Shown here: one piece after another, positions 11,725-24,628 of the stretch | How positions within the stretch are numbered: the first letter of the stretch is position 1 | How the letters are laid out: each line of letters starts with the position of its first letter | Origin: Azolla caroliniana | Taxonomy: Eukaryota > Plantae > Polypodiophyta | DNA length: 64,000 nucleotides | NCBI GenBank assembly: GCA_043228905.1 | Contig: JBHGNT010000011.1 | Location: forward strand, 14,880,001 to 14,944,000 | Direction of reading: 5' to 3' | The notes under the pieces: generated by a model | Database searches by the model: none | Seen by the model: the letters and a program-made list of their open reading frames with translations, nothing else | What the model was told of the DNA's origin: nothing | Translations under genes and position numbers: made by a program

Positions 11725-13919
11725 GAGGATTCGCCTCCGAGACTATCTCGATTCCTTTCATGATTGGCTCGCACCGTTAGGAATTGGACCGATCTTTGGT
11801 TGTCAAGACTCTTTATTCGTGCGAAGGCTGCTCCATTATCGAACACTTTGGTCTCCATCCGAGATGATGTGATATAAGGTTGCCCTAGGATGACAGGATG
11901 CGACGCCGATTCTTGTACGAAGAAGTGTTGATCCATCTCCACATCCCCGATCGTGACTTTGACATTGGGACAAGCTCCGTACAAATCCTCCGTAGACTTT
12001 GTTGCCGCGCGAACCTTCCATCTGTGGTTTGTATTGATTGGCCATCTTCCTTTTTTGTAGAAGTCGGTTGACATGAGGTTGATCTCTGAGCCGTGGTCGA
12101 TCAAGGCTACCATGGTCTCTTTCTTCTCCCCGATCTTCACCGGCGTCTCCGTTGTCGCTCGTGCCCAATGAGGTCGAGTGTAGTGGTTGTCCACCATATC
12201 TTCATCGATTTCGTCTCTTGCCATCGTTATGGCATTCGTTTTTGCTTTTTGCGGCTTCTCTTCTTCCTCGTTCGATTGTTGTCTCTTTCTCTTTACAAGG
12301 TCCACGATCGTGTCATGGAACTCCTTCTTCGTAATGCCAAGCAATTCCCTCAAGGACAAAGTTATGTGGCTATCAAGAACTCGTTCTTCGAGAATCTTCT
12401 TTAGGTCCGTCGTCTGCTCTATGTCCGACCTTAGCTTATAGGTAGGTATGGTCCTTGTCCTCCGAGCGGGGTCTTCGACACCAACCTTCACAGGCCGAAC
12501 CGTTTCTTCAACTCGTATGCTCGGCTCCCCTTTTTGGCTTGATTCTCATTCCTCCGTTTGTAAAGGTCAACTCGTCTCTGCATCGTCCTTCTTTTTCGCG
12601 TTCCTTGTTTCATGTCTTTTTGATGGCCCTTGCTCTTCTATTCTCTTTCTCGTTTCTTCAACGAACACCTCGTGGTTGTCGCACATCACCTCTGCGAGTA
12701 TGGTGTTGTCGTCCACCGGATCCGACCACCCGATTATGTTTTGCACGCTTCGGTCCGCAAGCTCTACCTCGTTCGATGTGATTTTTCCCTTCTTCTCATA
12801 TTCGAGAACGGAAGTCCAAAACTTTGCTCCCGCTCTAGCAGCTTCAGTCTTGTCTTTCCCGACTCTTATTCCGGCCGACGCAGCATAGTGCATCGCATCC
12901 ACATGAGTCGCATCGGCATCCTCCATAGATCTCTTCATTCCTCCTCTTCCGAAATTCACTCGTAGGGGTCTTCTAGTCTCGCTTGAGCAGATCATGTTGT
13001 CCTCTATGTATACGATATTTTGTCGAATCGCCTCTCGAAGGCTCGCACAATCCCTTCTCATGTGGTCCATGCTATCGCACCACACGCATCTAAAGGGTTC
13101 TTTTCCTTTAAGGCCCCGACGATTCATGTTGGCTAGCGTGACCTTCTCGAACTTCTTCGCTAGCTCTTCAATGATGTCGTCATCAATCTTCTTTTCTTCC
13201 ACATTACTTTGTCTTGGCGGCTCAGCTACTTTCGGCGGTCTTGCTTTCTCCGTGGTAGTCGGTCCCGTCAAGTCGGTGTCATCAACCCATTGGCGACACT
13301 TGTCGAGCCTATTGCATGCCCGCTTCACCGCAATCCAGTCCGCTACAAGCCAATTTTCTTGGGTATCATCTTCGAGAAGAGTCCCCAACTCCCATCTATC
13401 CTTTATGTCCACGGCCTTCAAGAAGTACAAAGTCTTGTCCTCTTCAAGCAACACTTGGTCCGTATTGGGGAGACGACTAAACATCTGTTCGAATTCGTCG
13501 TACACCCTCGAGACACTCATCTTCTTATTCTTCTTCTCTATCCACTTCATCAGGGCATGTCGAGTCATCCTCGTTGAGTCTTCAGTCACAAACTCCGCTA
13601 GTATCGTTTTCTCGAACTCAGTCCATGTTGTCTTACCTTCTTGAAGCTTGAGGACGCGTCTTTGGATGTTGTTGGCGACAACTCTCTTGAAGCTTGCGAT
13701 TTGACGTGCCTCGGACACGTCCCTCTGATTCATCTCCCTTCTATATGCATCAAGGAACTTCGTAACATTCCTTCCATCGAATTGGCCCTCGAGCTCTACG
13801 ACACGATCGACAGCCTTCTCCACGCTCGCGTCGTTGTCCCGAGATCTCATCATTTGCTCGACGATTAGCATCATCCTTTCGAGCTCTCCTGCTTGGTTGC
13901 TTGAGGACGCCATCTCCAA
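11715..13919 (-). pseudogene. gag: Gag-protease ORF (CCHC knuckle CVWCDSMDHMRRDC; protease ALIDHGSEIN), broken by two in-frame TGA codons
   Basis: ORFs 12567..13919 and 11715..12491 are in the same frame; both stops fit CGA>TGA decay; the homologous stretch is open in the 47404..48342 copy. Confidence 0.88.
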
Positions 13920-15757
13920 GTATTAATCTCGACTTGATCCTTCCTACCGCCTCTTTCACGTCGGGTTCACCACTTAATTATGTCGTGAAGATCCGTCACT
14001 ACGCGCGGATCGTGAGGCGGAACCGCTGGGGTTCTGGACCAGAAGGATTTAAAGTCGATACAAGCTTTGGCGAGAAAGTACTTAAGATAGATTGGGAAAG
14101 AGAGAAGTTGAGATTACACGATTGAGAGAGATTGATTGAACTTTTAACTTTAGATTTAAGAAACAAGTTACAGGATCAATTTGATAACGAATTTCTTCCT
14201 CTTAATTTTCATAAAAAAAACTGTGTTTTTTCTCCTCCCCCTTCCCTCTTTTATAGATGCTCTCATGCATATGATGCATGTGAGGGTACAAGACATGCAT
14301 AAATTGCATGTTTGCCATTTGGCGCTTATGTATTACATGTGGTGCATGATAACCATGTCACTCATTTTAGTTCTCATGTATGAGAATTTACATGTAAAAG
14401 TACAATGATAGAAATATAAATTCAACTAAATAGCATGGCTTAATGGTAAGCCAATTGACTCCTAACTTGGAGGTGCAAGGTTTGAATCCTTACTTGCCCT
14501 CCTTGTATATGTAAATATGTATATATATTTATATATTTATTTATCTAGTCGCCGGTTCGCCGGATGCCGTCGTCGGATGCCGTCGGTTACCGTTGCCATT
14601 GCCGAATGCCGTCGGTTACCGGTGCCTCGCCGGATGCCGTCGAATTGCCGCCGGATCACCGGCTCCATCGCCGGTCCGGTTTTGGTTGGCCAAAACCCTT
14701 TACGAGTAGCTAGCCCACCTCCACTCTTAGTTCAAGTTACCTTGAACTCTCTATGCTCCACACATAGACACAAAGATAATATCTTTTGCTCCACGTTATA
14801 TATGATGAGAGCTGTATTTGTCGTGCCTATGTGGGATATCTCACAATTTTCTCCTTTCCTTTTACAAACTTTATACCCTCATATCTTGACATTTAGTTGT
14901 CCGTTTCTCGTGTAATAAAGTGCATTCGAAACCTCCATCATTTTGTACTTAGATATTAAATCTATTTAAAATGTTATCTTCACAATTATTGTACTATGTG
15001 ATTCATACTCGATTTCGTACGTTTTATGGGATTTTCACACTATTGCCGAAAATCTTCACGACAGCGTACCGGCGGCTACTGAACATGAGAGAGGGGAGAG
15101 AGAGCGAGAGAGAGGCCATGCGTGCGTCACCGACTCAAGACATGCCTCTTATGTACAAGAAACGAAGGGAAATAAACACACCCGACACCAACAAAGACAC
15201 AAATATGCACAACCTTTTGTATATATAATTATAAGAGAAAGATACAACCCCGACTTCGAGCCGGACCAAGGTAGGGTAGGTTACAACAACAATGTACCGT
15301 CAAGCCACCGATCGGGGATCTCTCGGGCTCGTCGCGCCGAGCAGGGTCTGGCACAGGAGACCGAGCATAAGCAAACCCTAAACAGACACAAACTCTCGAC
15401 CCACGCCACGACAAAGAAGAAGAAAGAAAGAAACTCCCAAAAAGAAACCCTAGAACAAAGCAAGAATAAGAGAACTGCCTAACCCTAACTCTAACGGTAT
15501 ACCCTCTTTACTCAAAATGGGCAACCCCTCTACAAGGGACCATCCCTTCCTTTTATAGAACAAGGAGAGGGATATGTTACAATGTGGGATAAATCCCGAT
15601 TTACATGGGATTCTTTGTCCCGACTTGACTCCCACTCGGCGCCATAAAGGCACCCCTATTATTCATACGTTTATACAAGGGTGAGTGCACATGATGCACT
15701 CCGCTGATTCTTCTGATATTCCTCGGTTTCTCACCATGGCCCAGAATCTTCATGACA

Positions 15758-16058
15758 GCGTGTCGAAAGCAGATCAGATTGACCAGATATCCCATACCGA
15801 AGTGAAGGGGGAGATTGTTGGGATTCCGGTCCCTCCGGATGGGATGATGAGTACCCGACAAGGAAGACCTGGTGAGAACCGGATGATGTAGGCCCGGTGA
15901 GAACCTCTAATCGGATGAAGGGACATATATGTAAATATGTTTCTAAGAAGCCCATTAGGGCTATATTTGTAAATAGTCCTAAAGTCATATTAGTATAAAT
16001 ATGACCTAGGGCAAACACTATTGAGTGTCATTGCAGATCATTGTATGAGTAACTGTTG

Positions 16059-16092
<34 letters not shown>

Positions 16093-16443
16093 CAACGTGA
16101 GTCTCTGTTGTAACCGCCGCCAGGCGAAGATTGTGAGTAAGAGGTCGTTGCCTCTGTGTTCCTTTTGTTGTATTCTTCTAGACATAGTGATAGTTTGGAG
16201 CTAATGGGCTCCCGTGGTTTTTCCCGTTTAAGGTTTTCCACGTAAACATCTTGTGTACTCTTTATTGCTCTATTGTTTGTGTGTATACGTGCATTTCTTC
16301 CTATTCCCATCTTTCCGTGGTTGATCATAAGACTCGGTTGTGGCCGAGCAATATTCCGCATATTCTTGTCATTATAAAGGTAGGTTAACTATGTGCTCAC
16401 ACTAGAGATACAAGGTGGGCGGAGTGGGAATTTTATCCCAACA
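15758..16443 (+). mobile_element. Ty1/Copia 3' remnant: PPT and LTR from 15816
   Basis: GAAGGGGGAGAT|TGTTGGGA..TCCCAACA; (GA)n and GTGGTTTTTCC motif shared with other Copia LTRs here; right boundary is ambiguous. Confidence 0.7.
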
Positions 16444-16543
16444 AACTCCCCCATAAAAGGACTACTTTGTCTGCATACAATGACATGGGGCTATATATCT
16501 CCACCGTAAACCTAGATTACAATTTAAATTTCAACTAGAACGT

Positions 16544-17057
16544 TGTCGTGGAGAAAACCGTCCCTAGGAGAAATCAGTGGATGATATGCGTGAACTGGCC
16601 CTTACACACGGGCACATGTTTTGATAGATTTATATACATAGTTCAGTATAGGCCGGTGATGTAACTATCCTAGATAGCACTAGTTCATTAAGTAGGGAAT
16701 TGAGGAGAATAACAGGGATTTAACGGTCTATAAACGGCTCTCTCCTTGTGTTGTGAAAGGAGAGGAAAGGGGCTTGAGTAGCAATCGCATTGTTGGGAGG
16801 ACGAAGTGTTGTCGGATTGGGAATTGAGCTCTCTCCTCCAGCATCGTTGTTGCTTGTGTAGGGATTTGGGATAAGTTGGCTGCCTTTGTTGTGTGAAAGC
16901 CCGTGTGCTTTCGGTAGTGGCTGCATTGCGAATTTCAGTGCGTGTGTTCGTCCGTGTTGAGTCTGTCGCCGTCTTGCCGGTTGTAACATTGCGAGCTCTG
17001 TAATCTATATTGTTATTGGATTCGATTCTTTCATTTTCTGTCCCTCTATGTTTCTGC

Positions 17058-17122
<65 letters not shown>

Positions 17123-20100
17123 GTTCCTCGGTTCAGGGCCCTCGTGGCCCCGCCTTATTCCCTACACGCGAGCGTAACAACACGACATTAATTTGGTGAA
17201 CCCGACGTGAATTAAGGCGGCAGAGGAAAGAAGAAGAAGAAGAAGAGGGGATCAGAGCTCGCCGAAGTCATGGCGGCAGTAGTCAATCGGATAGTAAGTG
17301 CTCACGAGGGCACGGGCGCCCTCGACCAGGCCATCGAAGCAATTGTCGGCACAATAGGCCAGTTCCATGGGAAGGACACCACGAGTTATTTGGTGGCCTA
17401 CCGGGCCGAGATGGTGATGAGGGACATCCCGGAAGAAAGGCGTTTGGTTGGGTTCCCTCGGGTAGCGACACCGGGCATCCATGCAGAGGTGCTCGAGGTG
17501 CAGGTTGGATGCCAGACCTGGGGAGAATTTGAAGTGCAGGTCCTCGAGTGGTACAAGTTTGATGACACGCTTCGGTTATTGAAGCAGGACTTTATGGATT
17601 GGGTAGAGATCCCAAGAAAGGGGAGGAATGTGTCGGCGCTCCTCCGAGAGTTCGAGGAACGCTTCACACGACTTTCAGCGTTGGATAGGTACGTACTGGA
17701 CACGAGCCGTGTCCTTTTCTCACCGAACTAGGCATGAAGCAAAAGGAGTTCTTGCTTCACTGTGATAGCCAAAGCGCCATACACCTAGCCAAGAATGCAA
17801 CATACCATTCCCAGACCAAGCACATACAAAGAAGGTATCACTGGTTGTGGGAGAGAGTCGAAGATGGAGAGTTTACTCTTGTAAAGATCCATACTAACGA
17901 CAATGGATCCGACATGCTGACGAAGAACCTACCTATGTACAAACCTAGAGTTTGTCGACAGAATACATGACTGACAATTTTCCTCCCACAGGAGTGAAGG
18001 GGGAGTTTGTTAGGAAATATGTCCCTCTAGTGGGAGGATGATCCGACTGTTCAGAAAGTCGACAGTCGAAGAGTCGGAAAACATGAGCCGAGTTGATGAG
18101 GAATATATATAGCCAACTCGGGAGACTACATTTGTGAATAGTCTAAGTGTGCGCCCCATGAGGGCTACGTATGTAAATAAATAGAAGTTGCATAAGTATA
18201 TATGCAACTAGGGCAAACTTTAACTGTGGTGAGAATAGATTGTGTGTAGAGAGTGAGAGAGTGTGAGAGAGGAAGGTAGAGCCGCGCCATAGCTGTGTGT
18301 GTAACAACAGACGCGTGAGAGAGTGTTGTAATCTTCTCACTATTGTATATCCACTATTTTGTATAGTGAAGAATTTGTTCCCATGGTTTTTCCCATTTTA
18401 GGGTTTCCACGTAAATCTCTATGTATACTCCTACTCATCTTGTCTTTTTGTATTTCTACAATTTGTATTTCAGCGCGTAATCTGTTCACTGTGATTTATA
18501 TTCCACAATGTTTACTCAACAATAAGGGCTAATGTGGTATACCTATGGAACAGGAGGGTGCACGCTAGCGAGACCCGGAGAGCCTTGGAGCTAAATATCG
18601 GATGGGGAGGGATGAAGAGACTGATGGAAGAAGCGGCGGCGTGCCACGCGGAGAGCATCCACTACTCAACCTCGGTAGGAATCCGGGTCGGGAGTGATGA
18701 AGGCCAGAAGACGAAAGACTCCGGGTTCTGGCCGGTGGTACTAGAAGGCCTCGCCGGCGTACGGTTGAGAAATGAGGAAGCGAACCATGTGGAAAGACGG
18801 GTCCGGGAGGTCACCGGGTGGAGCGATCTGGTCGAAGAAAAGACCGGCTTTGTGGAAGCCGCGTGCCAGAACTACGAAGTTCTGGTAGAAGATAAGATAA
18901 GCATGCGGGAAAGGCCGGAGGGGCTGGATCTTCGCAATGGTACGAGACCCGATTCGGGCCGAAGCAGAATGACACCGGTGCTACTGGGACACCGGATAAA
19001 GCAAAGAAAGCCGACTACCGGTTGAGCACCGAGATAGAAAGAACGACGGACCTATGGAAGGTCCTTGAGGACCGAATCCTTGACAACAAGGTAGAGTTGT
19101 CACTAAGGGAAGTGCTTGGGATCGCCAAGAAAGAATTCCATGACTCCATCGTGGACTTGGTGAAGCGGAAAAGACTTTCGATGGAGCCGAAGCCGGAGAG
19201 GCCAGTGGAGGTACGAACGACACACCTAGAAGACATGGCCCTGGAAGACGAGTTGGCGGAAAGCCACTATTCAAAGCTGCACTAGGCAAGAGCCACTACG
19301 GAGACCCCGGTTAGGATCGGGGACGTCTAGGAGCCGGTGGTAGCATTAGTAGACTACAGTTCGGAGATCAACCTCATGTCTATGGACTTCTACAAGAAAG
19401 GCAAGTGGCTAATCAACACCAAGCACGGGTGGAAAATACAAGCGACGACGCGCGCCACAAAGGAGCTACATGGGGCCTGCCCGAATGTGTGAGTGAAAAT
19501 CGGTGATGTTGAGATCGACCAACACTTCTTCGTGTAGGAGACATCCTCACATCCGGTGATACTCAGGGAGCCGTACAGTACGACAACACGTATGGAGACG
19601 AAAGTGCTCTATAACGGTTCGACGTACCCATGCGTGAAGAGCCAAGATGGACGACACTCCGTCCAATTCCTGACCGTGCGACCGAACCATGAGCGCAATC
19701 ACGAGACCCTCGGCGGCGAAAGCCGAGGGGATTTTTAGAGAGGGCTATCGAGGCGTGGGGTCGTGATAGTCCGGACACCTCGGAGGATCCCCACACATGT
19801 ACCACAGGTCGGAAGTTTTGGTTCTCCAATAGTGGAGGTTGTACAATAGACGACATCATTGGCCGGGAGAAGAAGCGGGCGGAGGAACGACTCAGGAGAC
19901 ATGGAGTCCTCGCCCCTGATGAGGAAATTAATGGCATCGTGGAGGCGGTCTCTTTCGAGACACCCTCGGGGAAATTGGGAAGGTGATCAAAGAAGGCCTC
20001 AATGAAGACCGGATGATCCCGGTTAACTTGGTGGAAATGTACGAAGTCATTACTGACTTCGGGGAAAGGGTCAAGTCGGATTGGATGGCCTGCGTGCATA

Positions 20101-21916
20101 CGAGGTACAAGACTGTGGACCAGAAGGTGAGGCCAGTCGCGGCACCCTTGTTGGAGGACAGCGGGTTATGGATGAAAGGGGTTGCGTCGGACCCAAGTCT
20201 ACGGGATCAGGCCGGCATAGGACACCGGTTCACCAACACAATGCTACGGGAGCTCAAGGATGGTGGGGATAGCTTTCTACTGCTGGCGAAGGAGGAACGG
20301 TTTCGGAGAATGCTTGGGAGGCACGGGAATGCCTTCGCATTCTCGCCGAGAGAGATTGGGTGCGTGGACCCGACGATTGTTGAGCCGATGGTTATTTTTA
20401 TGATACCGCATGTGTTGTGGAATCTCAAACCTATTCCAATACCTAGAGCTCACATCCCGAAGCTGATGGAGCTGCTAAAGCAAAAGGTGGAGATGGGCAT
20501 CCTCGAATCGTCGAGTGCCTAAGAAGAACGACACATTGCGCTTCATTCAAGACCTGCAACCGGTCAATAAAGTGATCATTCGGAACGCAAGAGTCGGATC
20601 AACGATCGACGAGTTTGCAGAGGCCTTCGCCGGGAGGTCGATCTATTCGGTCGGGGATCTATACTCAAGGTACGACCAGTTCCAACTAGCCGAGGAGAGC
20701 AGGGATGTCACAACGATGCGGACACCTCTCGGATTAGTGCGGATGTGTACCCTGCCGCAGGGAGGGACAAACTCAGTTGCACACATGGTGAATGCGATGA
20801 ACAAGGTGCTGAGGGACTGCATCCCGGACATCACCATGCCATTTCTAGTCGATATACCGATAAAGGGGTGCCCAATGGAGGATAAGGATGAAATGGTTGG
20901 GCCGGACGGGTGCCGAAGATTCGTGGCGCACCACATTGACAACTGCGAGAAGGTACTGCAAAGGCTAGGGGGTGCACGGCTCACCCTCTCCGGAGAGAAG
21001 TCGGCTTTCGGGCAGCTAGAGATCCTTGTGGTCGGTCACCTGTGCAGGCCTTACGGCTGGAAATGGTCTCCGGCAAAGGTAGAGGCCATCTCCGCGATGA
21101 AGGAAGAATGCAAGTCGGTTACGGAGGTGCGGAGGTTCCTGGGGGCATGCGTGTTCTATCACATTTGGATCCCGCACTACGCACACGTCACGGAACCGCT
21201 CTACGGGTTGCTTATGAAAGGGCGAAAATTTGAATGGAGTGACGAACATACGGAATCGGACCCAGAGGGTAGGGATAGCGATGATGACCGGTTCGGAGTA
21301 GGTGACGAACGAGAGAACGAAAGATAATCGCGGGTCGGTCCTCTCTGGCAGAAGTCTATTCTGGAGCATAGCAGAGGATGCGCGGTTAGGTGGGGGCAGA
21401 TGTCGTGAAGAAAACCATCCCTAGGAGAAATCAGTGGATGATATGCGTGAACTGGCCCTTACACATGGGCACATGTTTTGATAGATTTATATACATAATT
21501 AAGTACAGACCGGTGATGTAACTATCCTAGGTAGCACTAGTTCATTAAGTAGGGAATCGAGAAGAATAACAAGGATTTAACGGTCTGTAAACGGCTTTCT
21601 CCTTGTGCTATAAAAGGAGAGGAAAGGGGCTTGAGTAGCAATCACATTGTTGGGAGGACGAAGTGTTGTCGTACTAGGAACCGAGCTCTCTCCTCCACCA
21701 TCGTTGTTGCTTGTGTAGGGATTTGGGGTTAAGTTGGTAGCCTCTATTGTGTGAAAGCTCGTGTGTTTCCGGTATTGGCTCCACTGCGAATTTTAGTGCG
21801 TGTGTTCGTCCGTGTTGAGTCTGTTGCCGGCTTGCCGGTTGTAACATTGCGAGCTCTGTAATCTATATTGTTATTGGATTCGATTCTTTCATTTTCTGTC
21901 TCTCTGTGTTTCTGTG

Positions 21917-21951
<35 letters not shown>
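16544..21951 (+). mobile_element. Degenerate Phygy-like Gypsy element: 5' LTR 16544-17187, Trp PBS 17194-17210, gag, PR and RT remnants, RH/IN mostly deleted, truncated 3' LTR from 21401
   Basis: ORFs 17270..17731, 18534..19738, 19983..21327; PPT GGTGGGGGCAGA before 21401; 3' LTR ends in a (CT)n tract. Confidence 0.92.
17716..18521 (+). mobile_element. Copia 3' fragment (RNase H end, PPT, LTR 18008-18521) replacing the middle of the host gag
   Basis: HCDSQSAIHLAKN, TKHI, DMLTK; GAAGGGGGAGTT|TGTT..CAACA. Confidence 0.88.
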
Positions 21952-21957
<6 letters not shown>

Positions 21958-22850
21958 TTAGGCAGAGATAAAGTCGGCTTGTCCGGATGCTTGCCGAGTC
22001 GGTAGATGTTGGAATAAGACAGTACTCGTTTGACCTTTCACCTCTAAGTTGTCTGCTCTTTGTGCACGTTGTTTCCCGTGCTGTAGATGGATCGTTGATC
22101 AGCTTTCGGTTCCTTTGCACTCACCTGCATCTTCAACCTTCAACTGATTGGCTCCTTCGACTTTGCTTGTTCGACTTGTTTGGCTGTGCCGTTCTTTGAA
22201 TTACCTTTTGCTTTACTTTCGGCTCTTCTTTGCTCACTCGCTTGTTGTAGTCCCATATGTCCTGTGAGTGCGTTGAAGCGTTGATCAAGGAGTGTTTTTG
22301 TTAGACTGTTGGTGATGTTCACTTCGGTATCCACCTTTTGGACTTCGAGCTTCTTGTTAGTGACGAGCTCTCGAATGTGATGGCACCTCACCTCAATATG
22401 CGTTGTCTTAGGATGGTATACCAGATTCGTGATGATGTGTATTGCACTTTCTGAGTTGCAATAGAGGGTTGGCACTAGATGGTCGTTTGGGTCTTTTGCA
22501 GAAAAATCAGCCAATAGTTGGTGCAACCAGATGGCTTCTTTGGTTGCCTCCGATGCGGCTATGTACTCGGCCTCTGTTATCGAGAGTGTCGTGCAATCTT
22601 GTAATTTCGACCTCCATGATATGGCATGACCGCCATAAGTAAAGACATAACCTGATGTCGACATCCAATTGTCTGGATTGCCAGTGTACTCAGAGTCGAT
22701 GAAGCCTTCAACTTTGATTGGACTATCTGATCCGAACATTAGTTGCACGTCTTCGGTGCCTCGTAGGTACTGGAATATGTTCTTTACATCCTCCCAGTGC
22801 TTCCATCCAGGTTTTGACATGTATCGGCTGACAACCCCTACAACATATGC
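21952..22850 (-). pseudogene. Copia RT C-terminus and RNase H (host of the 22851-41013 insertion; continues at 41014-41460)
   Basis: AYVVGVVSRYMSKPG, STSGYVF, ISWRSKLQ, EAEYIAA, HIEVR. Confidence 0.92.
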
Positions 22851-23374
22851 CCTAGGGGCGTCACTGTCAAAACTTGTATGATAGCACGTGAGTTCATCAA
22901 AAGGGGTTTAAATTAATTAGTGAGATACAGGATATATATATATAAGGGTATTAATAAGGATTTGAAAATATATTTACATAAGGGTATTATCAATTATGCT
23001 GGGAAAAAAATTACATAAGCCCGTGAAATATTAGATATTTCAATGAGATAGTAAAGAATGTATTATGCAAACAATACTCAAATTTGGAGTAGCATATATG
23101 CATACATAAATACATACACATGCACACATCCATATATACCCACATTCAAACATTACATCCATGAATATTTATATACGTACAATACACCCATTTATACATG
23201 CATACTGACTAAACATAAATATATGTACAAATATATATGACCATATGTAAATATGTACATACATGTACATACATGCATTACATACTACATACATATTAGA
23301 ATCGACCATATATATTGACATACATATATACATAATACATACATAAAAATTATATATTATATATATATCTGTAT

Positions 23375-23570
23375 TGTGGTGTGCATGTATGCCTTTGTGC
23401 CACTCTTTTAGCACACCCTTTTTAGGATGCATGTACCTAAGCCGACCCACCCTTTTAGCATACCCTTTTAAGCTAAGCCAACCCAAATGGGTACCTTTGT
23501 ATAAACTATAAATTGAGTAAGAAGTAAGAAGCTAACTACACTGGTTTTGATCTCTTATGTGCATTTCACA
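23375..23570 (+). mobile_element. Short solo LTR (196 bp), architecture similar to the 181-bp LTR family
   Basis: TGTGGTGTGCA..TGCATTTCACA; 4-bp TSD GTAT at 23371-23374 and 23571-23574; TATAAA box. Confidence 0.75.
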
Positions 23571-24035
23571 GTATGTATGTATACACATTTTTACAATTTA
23601 CAAACATATTTTATATATTACATATTACACACATATATTATTATACGCACAATTTTATACAAATGCAAATATACAAACCAAACAGAAAAAAATAAATTAC
23701 ATATTATATATATATACACATATACACACATTCCATACATACAATACAATATGTACATACATACACACACAAACATAACACACATCACATATGAATACCA
23801 CATACATGCATATATACCTACATTCATACATCACAACACATCACACATGCATATATACCTACATTCAAACATTACATCCATGAATATGTATATACATACA
23901 TTACACCCATTTATACATGCATATTGACTAAACATAAATATATGTACAAATATATATTACCATATGTAAATATATACATACACATACATACATGCATTAC
24001 ATACTGCATACATATTAGAATCAGCCATATATATT

Positions 24036-24145
24036 GAAAGAAAGAAAGAAATATATATTAACGTCTTCTAAGACCAAATTTGGCCCATGAGACAATTGGT
24101 TTACAACAAAAATGGGGTATTTACCCATTCATCGAAAGTAAAAAC
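24036..24145 (-). mobile_element. Severely 5'-truncated LINE 3' end
   Basis: Minus strand GTCTCATGGGCCAAATTTGGTC..GACGTTAA plus (TTTC)n tail resembles the 3' end of the LINE at 53627-53690. Confidence 0.6.
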
Positions 24146-24628
24146 ATAAATATGTATTATGTATATATGTATGTATTGACATGCAATAAAATTACATATT
24201 GCATATATACATACACAAATGCATATATACATACAAAACACAAAAAATTAAATTACATATTATATATTATATATGTACACATCACATACATATTAATACC
24301 TAAGATTACATATTATATGTATACAAATCTTCATATTTACAATTTACATATATGTATATTATGTATATACACATGCACACACACATAAATAAATTAGATA
24401 TTACATAGCATATAATCCACACCTATTAGACAATATACAAATTTACACATACATAAATTACATATATACATATGTTATTATTATTACATATATGTATAGA
24501 TACATACATAGATATATTACATATGTACATACATATTCCACATATCACCATATATATAGATTATATTGGATCATACAAACCACAATACTTACACACACGC
24601 GCGCGCGCGCGCGATATGTATATGTATA

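Larger units (their letters stand above)
5733..15063 (-). mobile_element. Near-full-length Phygy-like Ty3/Gypsy element, subfamily A (3' LTR 5733-6789, 5' LTR 13981-15063)
   Basis: Two similar ~1.06-1.08 kb LTRs; PBS complementary to tRNA-Trp at 13956-13972; PPT at 6790-6800; gag-PR-RT-RH-IN order; flanks GCTA/GCGT do not form a clean TSD. Confidence 0.95.
22930..24628. repeat. CA/TA-rich compound microsatellite, first part of the transposon body (continues at 30022-30568)
   Basis: CATA/TACA/ATAT mosaic, G-poor on the + strand; ~200-bp internal duplication at about 23130-23320 and 23850-24035. Confidence 0.95.

Noticed and set aside
12530-12569. Programmed stop-codon readthrough between gag and PR
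   Set aside because: Two TGA codons both fit CGA decay, and the homologous region is open in another copy
12994-13644. Long antisense ORFs over gag/pol (also 48549..49205 and 2308..2874)
   Set aside because: Shadow frames of retroelement coding sequence with no independent motifs
15804-16452. LTR with polypurine tracts on both sides as a new bidirectional element
   Set aside because: More simply two opposite Copia LTR remnants abutting; the boundary cannot be resolved by eye
22851-22865. Assignment of the 18-kb element to hAT, CACTA or piggyBac
   Set aside because: Ends are not (C/T)AG or CACTA, the TSD is not TTAA or 2-3 bp, and no transposase is visible
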